Below are positions 1 to 11,254 of a stretch of 64,000 nt of DNA, piece after piece (within the stretch, counting starts at the first letter, position 1; every line of letters starts with the position of its first letter). The notes beneath the pieces are model-generated. The model did not search any database, was not told the origin of the DNA, and saw only the letters and a list, made by a program, of their open reading frames with translations. The position numbers were made by a program, and so were the translations under genes. Origin of the DNA: Camelus ferus (taxonomy: Eukaryota); assembly GCF_009834535.1 (NCBI RefSeq), contig NC_045696.1, positions 4,404,001-4,468,000 on the forward strand, written 5' to 3'.

Positions 1-179
1 TGCTGCTACCAAGTCTTTGGAGCATCCTCGCTCTTTCTAAATCCGTCCCAGGCCATATCCTCCAACCTCTCGGTATAGAGGAAGTGCCCACGCCCTCTGC
101 TGGCGCCCACAAGGAGAGTCCCTGTACAAACTCTTACATGAACTTAGGTTCTCACTAAAGACTGTTTTCTGACTGAGAC
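1..179 (-). pseudogene. Possible relic exon (C-terminal region)
   Basis: Acceptor cttagtttttctag at 180-181. Frame 0 reads VSVRKQSLVRT*VHVRVCTGTLLVGASRGRGHFLYTERLEDMAWDGFRKS. Confidence 0.35.
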
Positions 180-399
180 CTAGAAAAACTAAGAGACTAG
201 TCACCCTCCTGAAATAGAGGAAGGGGAAAAAAATCCATGTTCACACTGCATGTGGTTCTGGTGGGTGCGACGGGGGATACGGTAGATGATAGGCTGGTGG
301 GTGCGACGGGGGTGCCTTGTGGAGTGTAAAGGTCCAGGTGGGCCCCCTCAGCCCTGCTGAACGGGGAGGCCGGGCTCCGGTGGGACGAGGAGAGTGGCA

Positions 400-595
400 G
401 GACGAGGCGCTTGGTGGCCACACCGTGCAGGACTTGAACTCCTGAGAGGGTTGACTGGGGGAGGTTGGACTCAGGTCCCAGGAAGTAGAATCCAGCAGGG
501 ATTGGGCTCAGTAAGACCAAGACCCTGGACCTGGGACATACGAGCGGAACTTGCTCAGAAGGCTCTAGCCAATAAAACGGGGTGCAGGGTCTAAT
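400..595 (-). pseudogene. Relic coding segment with mesothelin-type YG.P.SWS-like motif
   Basis: 543-514 reads SYVPGPGSWS; after a frameshift it continues VLLSPIPAGFYFLGPES. Confidence 0.45.
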
Positions 596-619
596 TAATT
601 TCTCTACAATGTGTGAGAG

Positions 620-1260
620 TTTCAAATGCTGCATATCCTTATCCACATTTGGTATTGTCTGATTTTTTTAATTTTAGACATTCTGCTAGATTTGTAATGG
701 TATCTCACTGTGGATTTAATTTGAATTTCCCTAATAACTAATGATGTTGAGCATCTTTTATTTTTTATTTTTATTGATTTTTAATGGAGGTACTGGGGAT
801 TGAACCCAGGACCTTGTGCATACTAAGCACATGCTCTACCACTGAGCTATTACCCTCCTCCTTAAACAGCTTTTAAAGTGTTTGTTGAACATTCATATAT
901 CTGTTTTGTAATATATCTGCTCAAATCCTGTGCTCATGTTTTAATTGTGTTGTTTATCTTATTAATGGTTTGTAAGCGCTCTTTACATATTCTGGATACA
1001 AATTCTTTGTCAGATATATGTGTTATAAATATTTACTCGCAAACTATGGTTTACTTTATCATTTTATGAACAATGTCTTTACAAGAACAGAACTTTTAAA
1101 ATTTAATTAAGTCCGATTGATAATTTTTTTCTTTTGTTTGTGCTTTTGCTGCTGGGCTAAAAAAATAATTGTCTATTCCAAGGACACGAAGATGTCCTCC
1201 TATATATTCTTCAACAAGATTTTTAACTTTAGTTTATTGATCAGTTTCAAATAAATTATT
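620..1260 (-). mobile_element. Old L1 (L1M) ORF2/3' fragment interrupted by a SINE
   Basis: Typical antisense L1 text, e.g. gtaatggtatctcactgtgg...ctaataactaatgatgttgagcatc and tctggatacaaattctttgtcagatatatg. Confidence 0.8.
760..861 (-). mobile_element. tRNA-Ala(AGC)-derived SINE (camelid vic-1 type)
   Basis: Reverse complement has A box TAGCTCAGTGG, B box GGTTCAATCC and an A-rich tail. Degenerate TSD ttgagcatctttt (747-759) / ttaaacagctttt (862-874). Confidence 0.9.
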
Positions 1261-1264
1261 GGAA

Positions 1265-1920
1265 CATTTGCTTGATCTTTTCAAACTCTTTAAAAAATAT
1301 GACATGGGTCTAAAGTAATCTATTTTTAGGACTGGTTTATCCCCTCTACTAAGATGCAGCCCTTCTGGTGTCTGTAACAATTGCCCTATGTACTCAGTGA
1401 ATAATTGCTGCCTGGTGGGTACCTGGATAATTCCGCATTATAAGTGAGTTCTGGGAATCTTTTAGCCTATGGTTACCAAAAATAATTTTTCTTTCCTCAG
1501 TAATAGTCCTTTGCCCATCCTTGTGGATTTTCATCCTAGACATGTGCAGATTCATATTCAAGAGACTCCTGATGTAGACTTTGGGAACTCTTTCTCTGCA
1601 CAGCCTCCTTCTCTCCGGTGCCCTGCTCCACGAGTTCTAGCTGCTACACGCTTCCTGAACTGTAGCCTTTTCCCTCCGCTCAGCAGATTACTGGGATCTG
1701 CTTTTGGATTTCTCTTCTCTGCCTTGTGGTCAAGAGAGCCTGGATAGCCATGGTGTTTACCTCATTTCTTTCCCTTTAATTAGGATTCAAGTTCTGTATA
1801 GTATACCATCCAATGTCTGAAAATATGTACTTCATATACTTTGTCCAGTTTTTCTAGTTCTTTTTAATGGCAAGAGTGCAAATACTATGCCAGTTACTCT
1901 TCCATTGGCAAAAGCAGGAA
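1265..1920 (-). mobile_element. Old L1 5' region fragment
   Basis: Resembles ancient L1M/HAL1-type 5' ends in antisense; subfamily not resolved. Confidence 0.5.
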
Positions 1921-1959
1921 TTTGTATTTTTAAATTTAATTCTTATATCCTTAAGAGTT

Positions 1960-2220
1960 TGGTATTATTATTAATCCCATTTTACGTTTAGAAAAACTTA
2001 GGTACTGCAGGTTCAGCAAACATTATACTACTTAGCTTACAATTATTTAGCTTTGTACCAATGATTCATTCATTTATTCAGCAAATCCTGAGCACTTACT
2101 TCATTCCAAGCAGTAGAGCATACATGAGTTTTGTGTTTATTCAACTTGCAGTTTCATGGTAGTGTCCAACACAGTGCCCGGACTGTTGTAAAAGATAAAT
2201 AAAGATTTGCTGAATTGATA
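1960..2220. mobile_element. MIR and L2 3' fragments
   Basis: MIR core attattaatcccattttac; L2 tails tcattcatttattcagcaaat and aacacagtgcccgg...aaataaagatttgctgaat. Confidence 0.65.
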
Positions 2221-2289
2221 CCAGTATTTGCAAGTGATGCCTTAGCTTATGTGTGGGTGGAGAGCCTCAGTCCTGCTTCCCCACTCGGT

Positions 2290-2467
2290 GTACTTCTGTA
2301 GTGTTCCTGGCTTGTGGTTATGCAACTTTGGCTTGGTTGCTTCCCATGACAGGGAGCGTATTATCACACAAGACACTGCACCCTGTTTCAGAACTCTAAC
2401 TAACTGCAAAGTTCCCCAGCCAGGAAATTAAGTGGGAACTCGGCCAATGAAAAAGCACAGAGGTTTT
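2290..2467 (-). pseudogene. Relic exon
   Basis: Strong acceptor ccctttcttctctgcag (AG 2468-2469). Its phase-1 start matches the upstream exon. Reads KNLCAFSLAEFPLNFLAGELCS*LEF*NRV; 3' end uncertain. Confidence 0.55.
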
Positions 2468-2596
2468 CTGCAGAGAAGAAAGGGTATTAAGTAGGAAACT
2501 TGGGAGGCATGAAGACAGATTTCATTTATCACTTTTCCCAGAGCTCAAGGGTTGTTTATCTTCAAGTCTTCCAGGTCCCCACCTCTGTGTCCTTAC

Positions 2597-2769
2597 TCAG
2601 CAGCTGGATGACAGCTTGTCAGAGATGCTGTGCAAGGAATCCACGTACGCTGTGTGAGCAGTGGGCTGGGGCTAGGCTGGTGTCCTCTAAGATGCTTCTG
2701 ACTTCTTGGAGGTTTCGACAGGGGTTTTCTTTTTCCACTTCTCTTCGGAAGCTTTATTTATAGTCAGAC
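2597..2769 (-). pseudogene. Relic exon, 173 nt, phase 2 to 1
   Basis: ttttacacattttag|...|gtaagg; reads SDYK*SFRREVEKENPCRNLQEVRSILEDTSLAPAHCSHSVRGFLAQHL*QAVIQLL. Confidence 0.7.
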
Positions 2770-2931
2770 CTAAAATGTGTAAAAGGTTAATCCCTGCAAA
2801 TACACCCTGCTGTACTTTTTATTTTTTTGCTAGACTTCATGAAGGGTTTATTTCATGAAGCCTCTCCAATATTGTCCTCTGCAATCTATGATCTAATTTC
2901 ATCTGGTCTGTGTCTACATTTTCCCACTCAC

Positions 2932-3171
2932 ATTTCTGAAACTTTGCTTCCACCCCCTAAATTCTATTCTTTGCAGTTGATCTGGAAACTCGGGGGCAAC
3001 AAGACTATTCTCAGTAGCTCAGTCCCTACAAATCCATTTCTCAATGCCTTCATTTGGGCCTTGGACAGACAGCCAGCCAGAAAATACAGGCCTCCCAGAT
3101 ATGTGCTGTGTTTGTAAACTGAGAAGTTTCTTCAGAAAGTTTTATTTATGTTAATAAAGCATTTTAATGTG
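2932..3171 (-). pseudogene. Relic exon, 240 nt, phase 2 to 2
   Basis: ttttcttgttttctccaaag|...|gtgagt; 79 codons with 2 stops: TLKCFININKTF*RNFSVYKHSTYLGGLYFLAGCLSKAQMKALRNGFVGTELLRIVLLPPSFQINCKE*NLGGGSKVSE. Confidence 0.75.
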
Positions 3172-3239
3172 CTTTGGAGAAAACAAGAAAAAAATCTAAT
3201 TGAAAATAGGGAATAAAATTACTTTATGAATAACATTCC

Positions 3240-3456
3240 TCTATCATAGTGATTTCAGGCTTTGAATAATCTTGTTAATTCAGCTCAGCGAGGTTCCCGG
3301 GGCTGGCCCAGCAGATGCATAATCCAAGGAGACAATGGAGTGATTTGGATTGCTAGGCGCTAAAGCACACTTCCTGTCCTGCTGGTCTGCTCCTCTCAAA
3401 GCCCAGCAGCTGATGCAAGCCCTTTGGCTTGAGCCATGAATAGACCACCTGCTCAG
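3240..3456 (-). pseudogene. Relic exon
   Basis: Acceptor tatttgtctaatag. Reads EQVVYSWLKPKGLHQLLGFERSRPAGQEVCFS, then after a frameshift SIVSLDYASAGPAPGTSLS*INKIIQSLKSL. Donor unclear. Confidence 0.55.
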
Positions 3457-3522
3457 CTATTAGACAAATACATTTAAAACTGTGAGTACGGACCTTTGGA
3501 ATAAACTACTGTCGTAGATTAC

Positions 3523-3899
3523 TTTTCATGTAAATATTTCCAATGAAATGCACAAGACAGATTGATGGTCAAGGCCGATAGTATTGCACATCAGATGTCT
3601 CTCTGCCGCACCAAATGGACAAAGTGTAATCCAGTCATCAGCTGGACTAGTCACTATGAGGCCCTATCTGAAAATTTCCAGCCAAGGATTTGCGAGTCTA
3701 CCGGCAATTCTGGTAGAAAGTCCAAGTTTCTGACTTTTAAAATGTGCTACGATCTGATCCTTGAAATGCATGACCCATATATGGTTAGAAAACTCACACT
3801 CCCTCCCCACCATTATTCTCTCTGCTAATGTAAGCTGGGCTGTTTGCACCTCCCATTAACCATACATGCATCCTAGCTCTCAATATCAAGAAACCGATC
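3523..3899 (-). pseudogene. Relic exon (last repeat unit)
   Basis: aatttcttacag|DRFLDIES*DA..., VQTAQLTLAE (3849-3820), NLDFLPEL, ILSALTINLSC; needs two frameshifts; possible donor gtaatc at 3522. Confidence 0.6.
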
Positions 3900-4084
3900 C
3901 TGTAAGAAATTCTCTTGACATGGCCGTGCACAAGTAGTATTAACTATTTTTCTTTTACGTTCTTCCCTCAAGCCACATCCTGACCTTTCATCTTCTTTTT
4001 TTCCCTAGAGACTTAGCCCTGAACATGAAAACACGTTTACGATACGTTTGAAGATCATCCAGTTTGTGTTTTACACTCTTTTTT

Positions 4085-6900
4085 CTTTTTAAAACCTTAT
4101 TATAAAACCTACGAAATCCAGAAAACCGCACACAACACATGCAGAGCTGAATTAGTCACCATGACGTGAACACACTTGTAACCAACACCCAGGTCAAAAA
4201 CAGGACAATGCCGTCCATGCAGAAGCTTCTCCACATGCCCCATTCCAACCACACCAAGTCCCCGGGAAGGAACCACTCTCCCAACTTTTATAACGATAAC
4301 TTCCTTGCATTTCTTTAAAGTTTAACCTCCAGCCGTAGCTCCCTGAACAGTATTTTCTAGTCTCATTTATTTTTTCTAGTTTGGCAGTTTCTCGCGTCTC
4401 TTCTGATCTACAGCTTTTCTCTCCATCCCGTCCATTTCCTTCTCGTCCTTACACTTTACCTGTTGAGGTTCCTGAGCTGTTTCACCTGCAGAGCACTCCA
4501 GCTCGACTTTGCTGAATGCACACTCACCGCACAGTCCAGCATGCTGGTCTTCCTTCAGAGTCCCTGAAGACTGCGAGCTGGATCCTGAAGTTTGATTAGA
4601 TTCAGATTTTCAGATTTGGTCCCTTTGGACAACTACAGGAAGGGGTGCAGTGTTCCTTCATCTGAAGGCACACAATATCTGGGTTTTTAAGAAAATGTTT
4701 GTAGTCATGTGTGTTCATTGCCCTAGTCTGTTAATGCATGAGTTTGTGTGTTTTGTTTTGTATTGTGATGGGAGGAGTTCACACATTGGTGATTTCGCCT
4801 TCATTTTTTAACAGGAAAACTTTTACAAAGAGATACTTCCTCACATCTACTGTTCGGTTACCCAGGAGTTTCATTCATTATATAAATAGCAATAAATGTT
4901 GTGTTTATTTACTGGGTTTCAAGACTTGCTGTATTTCCTCTCATTATTGTCCAGTTTTTAAAATAATCAGTTGGTTTCCTACCACTGTCCAAGAGTGACT
5001 AGTAGCTTTTTAAGAAAACATATCATTATGTGAAAGAATGGATTTAAATATATTTTATAGGTTTCCATTTATGGTAATCATTATTTGTATCGAAGCTCAA
5101 ATTGTCCCATTTTGGCTAGTGGGACCTTCTCCATTTGAAATCAATCTAATAATTTTAATAGCCCCCATTCTTTATGATGTGAAAGATATTTGAAGCTTAG
5201 CTTGTTTATGTCCTGGTCCCAGACTTGAAATCAGCTATTGCTTTAAGAACGATTTCATTTTAATGGAAAATATGATTTCCAACCACAAAACAATAATCTG
5301 ATTTGAAGGACGAGGAGGCTACTGGGGTTGGTCATTTATTCTAAGCCTCCCAGCATTTTTAATGGGAACATATGTGTTACATGCATGCGTACACAGACAC
5401 ACATGTGTATTCTTATGAGTACACACTGATACTTCTGATTCAAAATAAAACTACAACATAGTCTTACCATAAGATCCAGCAATCACCTCCTTGGTATTTA
5501 CCCAAAGGAGCTGAGAACTTATGTCCACCCGAAAACTTGCACATGGATGTTTATTGCAGCTTAATTCATAATTGCCCAAACTTGGAATCAACCAAGATGT
5601 CCTTCAACAGGTGACTGGATAAATAAACTGTGGTGCATGAGACTATGGACTATTACTCAGTGCTAAAAAGAAATGAGCTATCAAGCTATGAAAAGACATG
5701 GAGGACACTTAAACATGTATTTCTAAGTGAAAGAAGCCAATCTGAAAAGGCTACATGCAGTATGATTACAACTAAATGATATTCTGGAAGAGGGAAAACT
5801 TGAGAGACAGTAAAAAGATGAGTGTTGCCAGGGACTGGAGTGGAGGGGGTGACAAGGCAGAGCGCAGAGGATTTTGAGGGCAGTGAAGCTACTTTGTATG
5901 AACTACAGTGGTGGATACATGTCATTGTACATTTGTCAAAACCCGTAGAATGTACAACACCAAGAGTGAACCGTAAGGTAAACAATGGACTTTGGGAAAT
6001 AATGATATGTCAGAGCAGGTTCATGGCTTGTGACAAACGTACCACGTGGTGGGGAACGTTGTGGGGTGTGCGGAGGCTGTGCGTGTGTGGGGGCAGGGGG
6101 TGTGGATGGGAAATCTCTGCACTTTCCACTCAGTTTCACTGCAGACCTAAAACTGCTCTAAAAATCAAATCTTAACAAAAAGATAAGTAAGTAATAAATA
6201 AACTACAGGGAGATGCCCTAACCTTTTCTAAACTACATCTGTCTCCCCATTCTTCCAAATTAAGAACCTGCTTCCCCAGGACAGGAAGGATGACAGAACA
6301 GCCTTAACGACTTGTTTATCCCACTTCCACACACAACGGTCTCTGAATAGCAACACGAATACTGTCACCCCCAGAGTGACTGCTGGAAGCTTTAATCGTC
6401 TTGTTTTCAGGTGCTCTCCCTGTCTTTCTGTGACGCTAGATCTCCTCAGAGCACACGGCCAATTCATGTCACAGCCTGTCCCCTTCACCCACATTCAGAC
6501 AGTTGTAGAAGTAACTATGTATTTAACGATGGCCACCAGTGTTGACATCAACGCTCTGCAGTCATTTTGGGTTTTCTGGGGTTATTTCCTTAACAAGTAA
6601 GGCTCATGTGTGATGATGTCGTTTTTCTGTGCATTTTTTACTTGAAAGTCAGTTCGTTTGGCTATAAAATTTCAACTCACATTTTCTTTGGGTTTTTTTT
6701 AGATGTTACTCCATTTTCTTATGGCATAAATCATTCCAGCCCAAAAGCCTGTTAATAATCTAATTTTTCCCCTTATATGCACTAATTCTTTGTGCCTAGA
6801 TGCCCATCCATCTTTCTTTAAGTTCAGGAATCTTACTAGGTTGTGTCTTAGTCATTCTGGGTCAGTACTGTCAGGCACATGGTGTCTTTTTCAACGTGTA
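4085..6900 (-). mobile_element. Old L1 (L1ME/L1MC4-like) 3' fragments
   Basis: Antisense L1M 3'UTR motifs (acacttgtaaccaacacccaggtcaa; aattgtcccattttggctagtggg); interrupted at 5456-6195. Confidence 0.6.
5456..6195 (+). mobile_element. L1MC1-like 3' end
   Basis: gatccagcaatcacctccttggtatttacccaaagg ... tacaacaccaagagtgaacc ... cctaaaactgctctaaaaa. TSD aaataaaactaca (5443-5455) / aaataaactaca (6196-6207). Confidence 0.85.
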
Positions 6901-7024
6901 GCTTCCACGTGTAGAGTGTGTATGTAGTTGTTCACAGAAACAGTATTTTTATGGGCACGATGACCCGCTGCCATTCTAGTGGGACAGTAGAGTGGATTCT
7001 GGAATTCCATAACAAAGTTTGAGG

Positions 7025-7220
7025 AAGGCTCATCAAACTACAGCCTGTGGACCCAGTCCTCATGGCCCCCAAGCTAAGAACAATTTTTACATTTTTCAAT
7101 AGTTAAATTTGAAATCGTTGCCCAAGTTCCTACCTAATGCCTTCCATATTGTCTGGTGGCTCTCACAGTCTGAAATTTTTACCACCTGGTCTTTAGAGAA
7201 AATGTATGTTGACCCCCATT
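7025..7220. mobile_element. hAT-Charlie MER58-like MITE
   Basis: aaactacagcctgtgg ... aagctaagaacaatttttacattttt ... ctggtctttagagaaaatgtatgttgacccc. Confidence 0.55.
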
Positions 7221-7587
7221 CTGAAAGAACTATTGCAGTAAATAAGGGAAAGTCTCCAGCAGACAAGATGGAACCCACCAAATCCCGCCACGGACCAGAT
7301 CCATCCCAGATGCTGCCGGCGTGCATGTCCTGGGCTCCTCCTGCCCTAGACCTGCTCCTTTAGAACTTCCTGCTGGGGCCCTGACTCCTTCCTCCCCGTC
7401 TCCTTTTCCGCCTCTCCAGAAAGCTCCTCTCCCAGTGTGTGAGGGGGGGTGGTCATGAATTCATTCACATTAAAAAATCCCCTGGGAAATGTTACACATT
7501 TGGATAATTTTTCATCATTACAGGGAATAGTGACTTTAAGACAAAGGGAAGGGTATCTGATTTTTTAATTCCAAGATTCAGCCTGTC

Positions 7588-7687
7588 AGTGTATGTGCGT
7601 GTGTGTGAGAGAGAGGATGTGTGTAGTATGTGCATGCGGGATGTGGTGTGTGTCGTATGTGTGTACAGTGTGTGTGTGTGTGTGTGT
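7588..7687. repeat. Imperfect (TG)n microsatellite
   Basis: Visible TG runs. Confidence 0.9.
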
Positions 7688-7756
7688 TGACGGTGTGGCA
7701 GACTGGGGCTTCCCTAAGGCTCTGAAGTGCATGGTGGCTTCCCACCCCAAACTCAT

Positions 7757-7831
7757 CCACAGGATCTGGTCATAGGCCTTCTGGATGATTCCAAAGCTTA
7801 ACCAATGTCCACCTGGATACAGGCACATGTT
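7757..7831 (-). pseudogene. Relic exon, 75 nt, phase 0 to 0
   Basis: cttccttccttccag|NMCLYPGGHWLSFGIIQKAYDQILW|atgagt (GTGAGT donor with G>A); no internal stop. Confidence 0.65.
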
Positions 7832-7964
7832 CTGGAAGGAAGGAAGTGCACCAACTCTTTCCCACTCCCAACTGTAACTCACCTCCATCTCCCAAACCAG
7901 GCCAGGGGGCTATCAGGACACTGGGGTGCAGGCCTCAGGCTCTGTCAGGATTTTATTGAACAAG

Positions 7965-8680
7965 CTCTGAATAAATGGAAAGAGATCACGTTCTTGGATA
8001 AAAAGACATAATCCTATTTTAAAAAATACCAATTCCCTTGAAATTGCAATCTCAAGAGGATTTGGGGGTGGGGGAATAGAATTAAATAATTATATAGGAA
8101 AGAAAAGAAGCCTGAAAAAGAACGCTAATGAGAGAAATGTACATTTCAGGGGCATCAAATCAATATTGTTTCAGCAGGAAGAGATGAATGAATTAATGTA
8201 ATAGAACAGAGGATCTGGGAGTCAATTCTAATGCTAAACAGAGAAATTTAATGTATGATAAGGGTGGAGGTGACATTTATTTGGGAAAGTTGACTTATTC
8301 GAAAAGCAATGCTGGCCCAATGTATGGGCTGTCCAACTGGAAAAAAAATAACAGTGGACGCCTATGTCAGACCATATCCCCAATAAACTGCACACAGATT
8401 AAGGAAATTTATTTTTAAAAATCCCCCCAAAATTATAAACACAGTTCTAATGGTAAGGTGACTTCGTTAACAAAGAAAAGTGGAAAAGCTATGGACACAT
8501 ATTCTCCTATATAAATACTTATATGACAGGAAGATGCCGTGTACAAAACAAAACCAAAAAAGCATCATATTTTGAATATGTTCGCAATGGAGATAATATG
8601 TAAAAATCTTAATGTCTTATAAAAATGTCCAGAAAAAAGGGAACACCACCACAGGAAAATGGGCGAAGGATGGAACAAGG
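7965..8680 (+). mobile_element. Very old L1 (L1ME) ORF2 fragment
   Basis: A-rich degenerate ORF2 text ending gaaaatgggcgaaggatggaaca. Confidence 0.6.
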
Positions 8681-9077
8681 AGAGGAGGCACTACGTGCGA
8701 GGAGGCGTGGGCAGTGTGATCTGTGGTAAGAAATGGTCCCCAATCCCTGCTCTTCCTCACCATCATCATGTGGGTGCTGGGCTCCCCTCTCACCTCACAG
8801 CCCTGTCCTGGGGCTCCCGCATGTCCTCAGAGTCTCCTGCGGGAGGGGAAGGAGAACTTCCTGCAGCCCAGCGTCCCTGCATCCCCACCGGGTATCCATG
8901 GGCAGGCAGCAGCCCTCACGTGTCCCTGCAGGGATGAGTTTCTCCCTCCCTCCGGACTATCCTAGAAGCTCTGCAGAACAGAGACCACACCTGTCCTTTC
9001 CCAAATCCCGCCATGGACCAGATCCGTCCCAGATGCTGCTGGCATTTAAAACTGGACGATTAAAAAGCCGCTTTAAG

Positions 9078-9277
9078 GTTAACCACTAAATGTAAAAATA
9101 GATAAAAAACAAATTTCTTCTGTATAATACAGAGAACTATATTCAGTAACTTGCAATAACCTTTAATGAAAAAGAATATGAAAACAAATATATGTATATA
9201 AATGCATGACTGGCACTTTGTGCTGTGCACCAGAAATTGACACATTGTAACTGATTGTACTACAATTAAAAAAAAAA
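9078..9277 (+). mobile_element. Young lineage L1 3' end, about 200 bp
   Basis: aaaatagataaaaaacaaatttcttctgtata...gctgtgcaccagaaattgacac plus poly(A); TSD aagccgcttt(a)ag / gagccgctttcaag. Confidence 0.9.
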
Positions 9278-9692
9278 GAGCCGCTTTCAAGATGGGAAGA
9301 ACAGGCAGCTGCGTGCATGCCCTCCTGTGGCTGCACAGGCCGTTCAGAAACTTTCAAGTGCCTCCTCCCCATCCCCCAGGTCCCTACCTGGCCTTCAGGC
9401 TTTTGAGTTTGAAACCCCAGGATCTGCCCCTCCCAGACTCCTCACTGCTCAGGAGGATGCCCTGTTTTTAGTCTGCTGTGTTAGAACCCCCTCCTCCCCT
9501 AGGTTTCTGGAAAGAGTCTATACCTGACCTACTGTGAACCTTGACTCTGCCTCAGCCTAAGTTTGCTCTGGTGCTTTCTGCCTTTAGACTCAGCAGACCT
9601 GGCTCCTGTATTCCCAGCTTCTGAAAATGCGAGTTTTACAGTCTATTTATTATCTATGTATCTATGTATCTATTTATCTATCTATCTATCTA

Positions 9693-10480
9693 TGATATTG
9701 TGATTTCTAAGAAAAATATATATTTGATCATTCATGACCCCCAGAACCTTGGAGTTTCCAAGTGCTGAGAATGACAAGGGTGTCTCCTGTTAAGTTAACA
9801 AGGTGACTTTCAGACCCGCCCAAGGATGGAGGCTGGTTGCCCGAGAACCAATCACTTGATTAGAGAACGGAAACTTTCAGTCTCAACTCCCCCTCCCAAC
9901 CTCCAGAAAGGGGAGAGGACCTGGAAGTTGAACCAATCACCAAAGGCGAATGATCTAATCAATCATGACTCTGTAATGAAGTCCTCCACAAAAACCCAGC
10001 ATGGTTCTGGGAGCTTTTGGGTTGGTGAACAGGTGGAGATTTGGGGAGAGTGGCGCACCCATGTGGGCATGGAAGCCCCACACCCACTCCCCACACCTGC
10101 CCTCTGCATCTCTTCCATCTGACTCTTCCTGAGTTACATCCTTTATAATAAACCAGAGACCTAGTAAGTAACACATTTCTCTGTGAGCCGCTCTAGTAGA
10201 TTAAGGGCCCCAAGGAGGGATGGTGGGAACCTCCCATCTAGAGCCAGTCGGTCAGAAGCATGGGTGGCAACCTGGACTTGTGATTGGCTTCTGAAGTGGG
10301 GGGAAGGTCACCCAGGACTGAGCCCTTAACCTGTGGGATCTGATGGGATCTCTGGGTAGACAGTGTCAGGACTGAGTCGAATTAAATTAAATTGTAGGAC
10401 ACCCAGCTGATGTTGGAAAATTGCTTCTTGCTAGTGTGGGGGACCCCAACCCCACCCTGGAATTAGTGCCAGAACCTATT
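9693..10480 (+). mobile_element. MER21-like ERV LTR
   Basis: Starts tgatattgtgattt...atatatatttg; contains aataaacc, ctgagcccttaacctgtgggatctg and attgtaggacacccagctg; flanked by (TATC)n on both sides. Confidence 0.85.
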
Positions 10481-10487
10481 TACTCTC

Positions 10488-10713
10488 TATTATCTATCTA
10501 TATATCTATTTATCTATCTATCTATCTATCTATAATTTATCCATACACACATGTACATACATACACAAATATGCATGTGTATACCTGCATATGAATTTAT
10601 GTATGTGTGTGTATACACATACACACATGTGAGCACATACATACACGTATTTTTACATTTAATACATACCTAGAAACACATCCTCTCTCTCTCTCTCACA
10701 CACACATATCTAT
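10488..10713. repeat. (TATC)n, (CA/TA)n and (TC)n simple repeats
   Basis: Visible in sequence. Confidence 0.9.
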
Positions 10714-10759
10714 CTGTGAATTGCAGTCTCTATCTCTGTAAGAAACTATTTCTCTATCT

Positions 10760-11143
10760 CTGTAATAAACTATTGAAACTATTTCCCTCCCAGGAGCTAA
10801 GACTTGATTTCCCTATGGCCAGGCAGCACCCAGGATAACGATGTTAAGTCTCTTCCACTGTTCATTTAGAGGATGCATTACCCCCCAACTTGCTCTCTGA
10901 TTTGAGGTCTGCCGTCCAGAACAGTGCTGGGACTGTCCAGTAGAAGCAGGGCCTCAGGAGAGCCCCACGCCTGCCAGTTTTTCGAAGGGGCTCCAGTCTA
11001 ACTGGTTTTTATGTGGGGAAAAAAACAAAAACAAAAAACAAAGCTTGGGAACTTATGAAAAAAAATTTGGTCTCATATGAAAAAAAGTGGCTTCTTTCCC
11101 TGATGATAAATCACCTCTCATGTTGCATTTTCATGTTCCTTGT
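10760..11143 (-). pseudogene. Possible relic exon
   Basis: Acceptor tttttctgtgttttgtag; TRNMKMQHER*FIIRERSHFFSY ... YPGCCLAIGKSSLSSWEGNSF. Confidence 0.35.
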
Positions 11144-11254
11144 CTACAAAACACAGAAAAACTTGTGAAGTAAAACATTTAGAACATACAGATCAACTCA
11201 TTTTTTAATTTAAAAAATTTGAAAAAGCTTTCGAGTCTCTCGTGGAGACGTACA

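Noticed and set aside
3582..3591. miR-32/92-like 5' sequence tattgcacat
   Set aside because: The match stops after 10 nt and there is no precursor hairpin.
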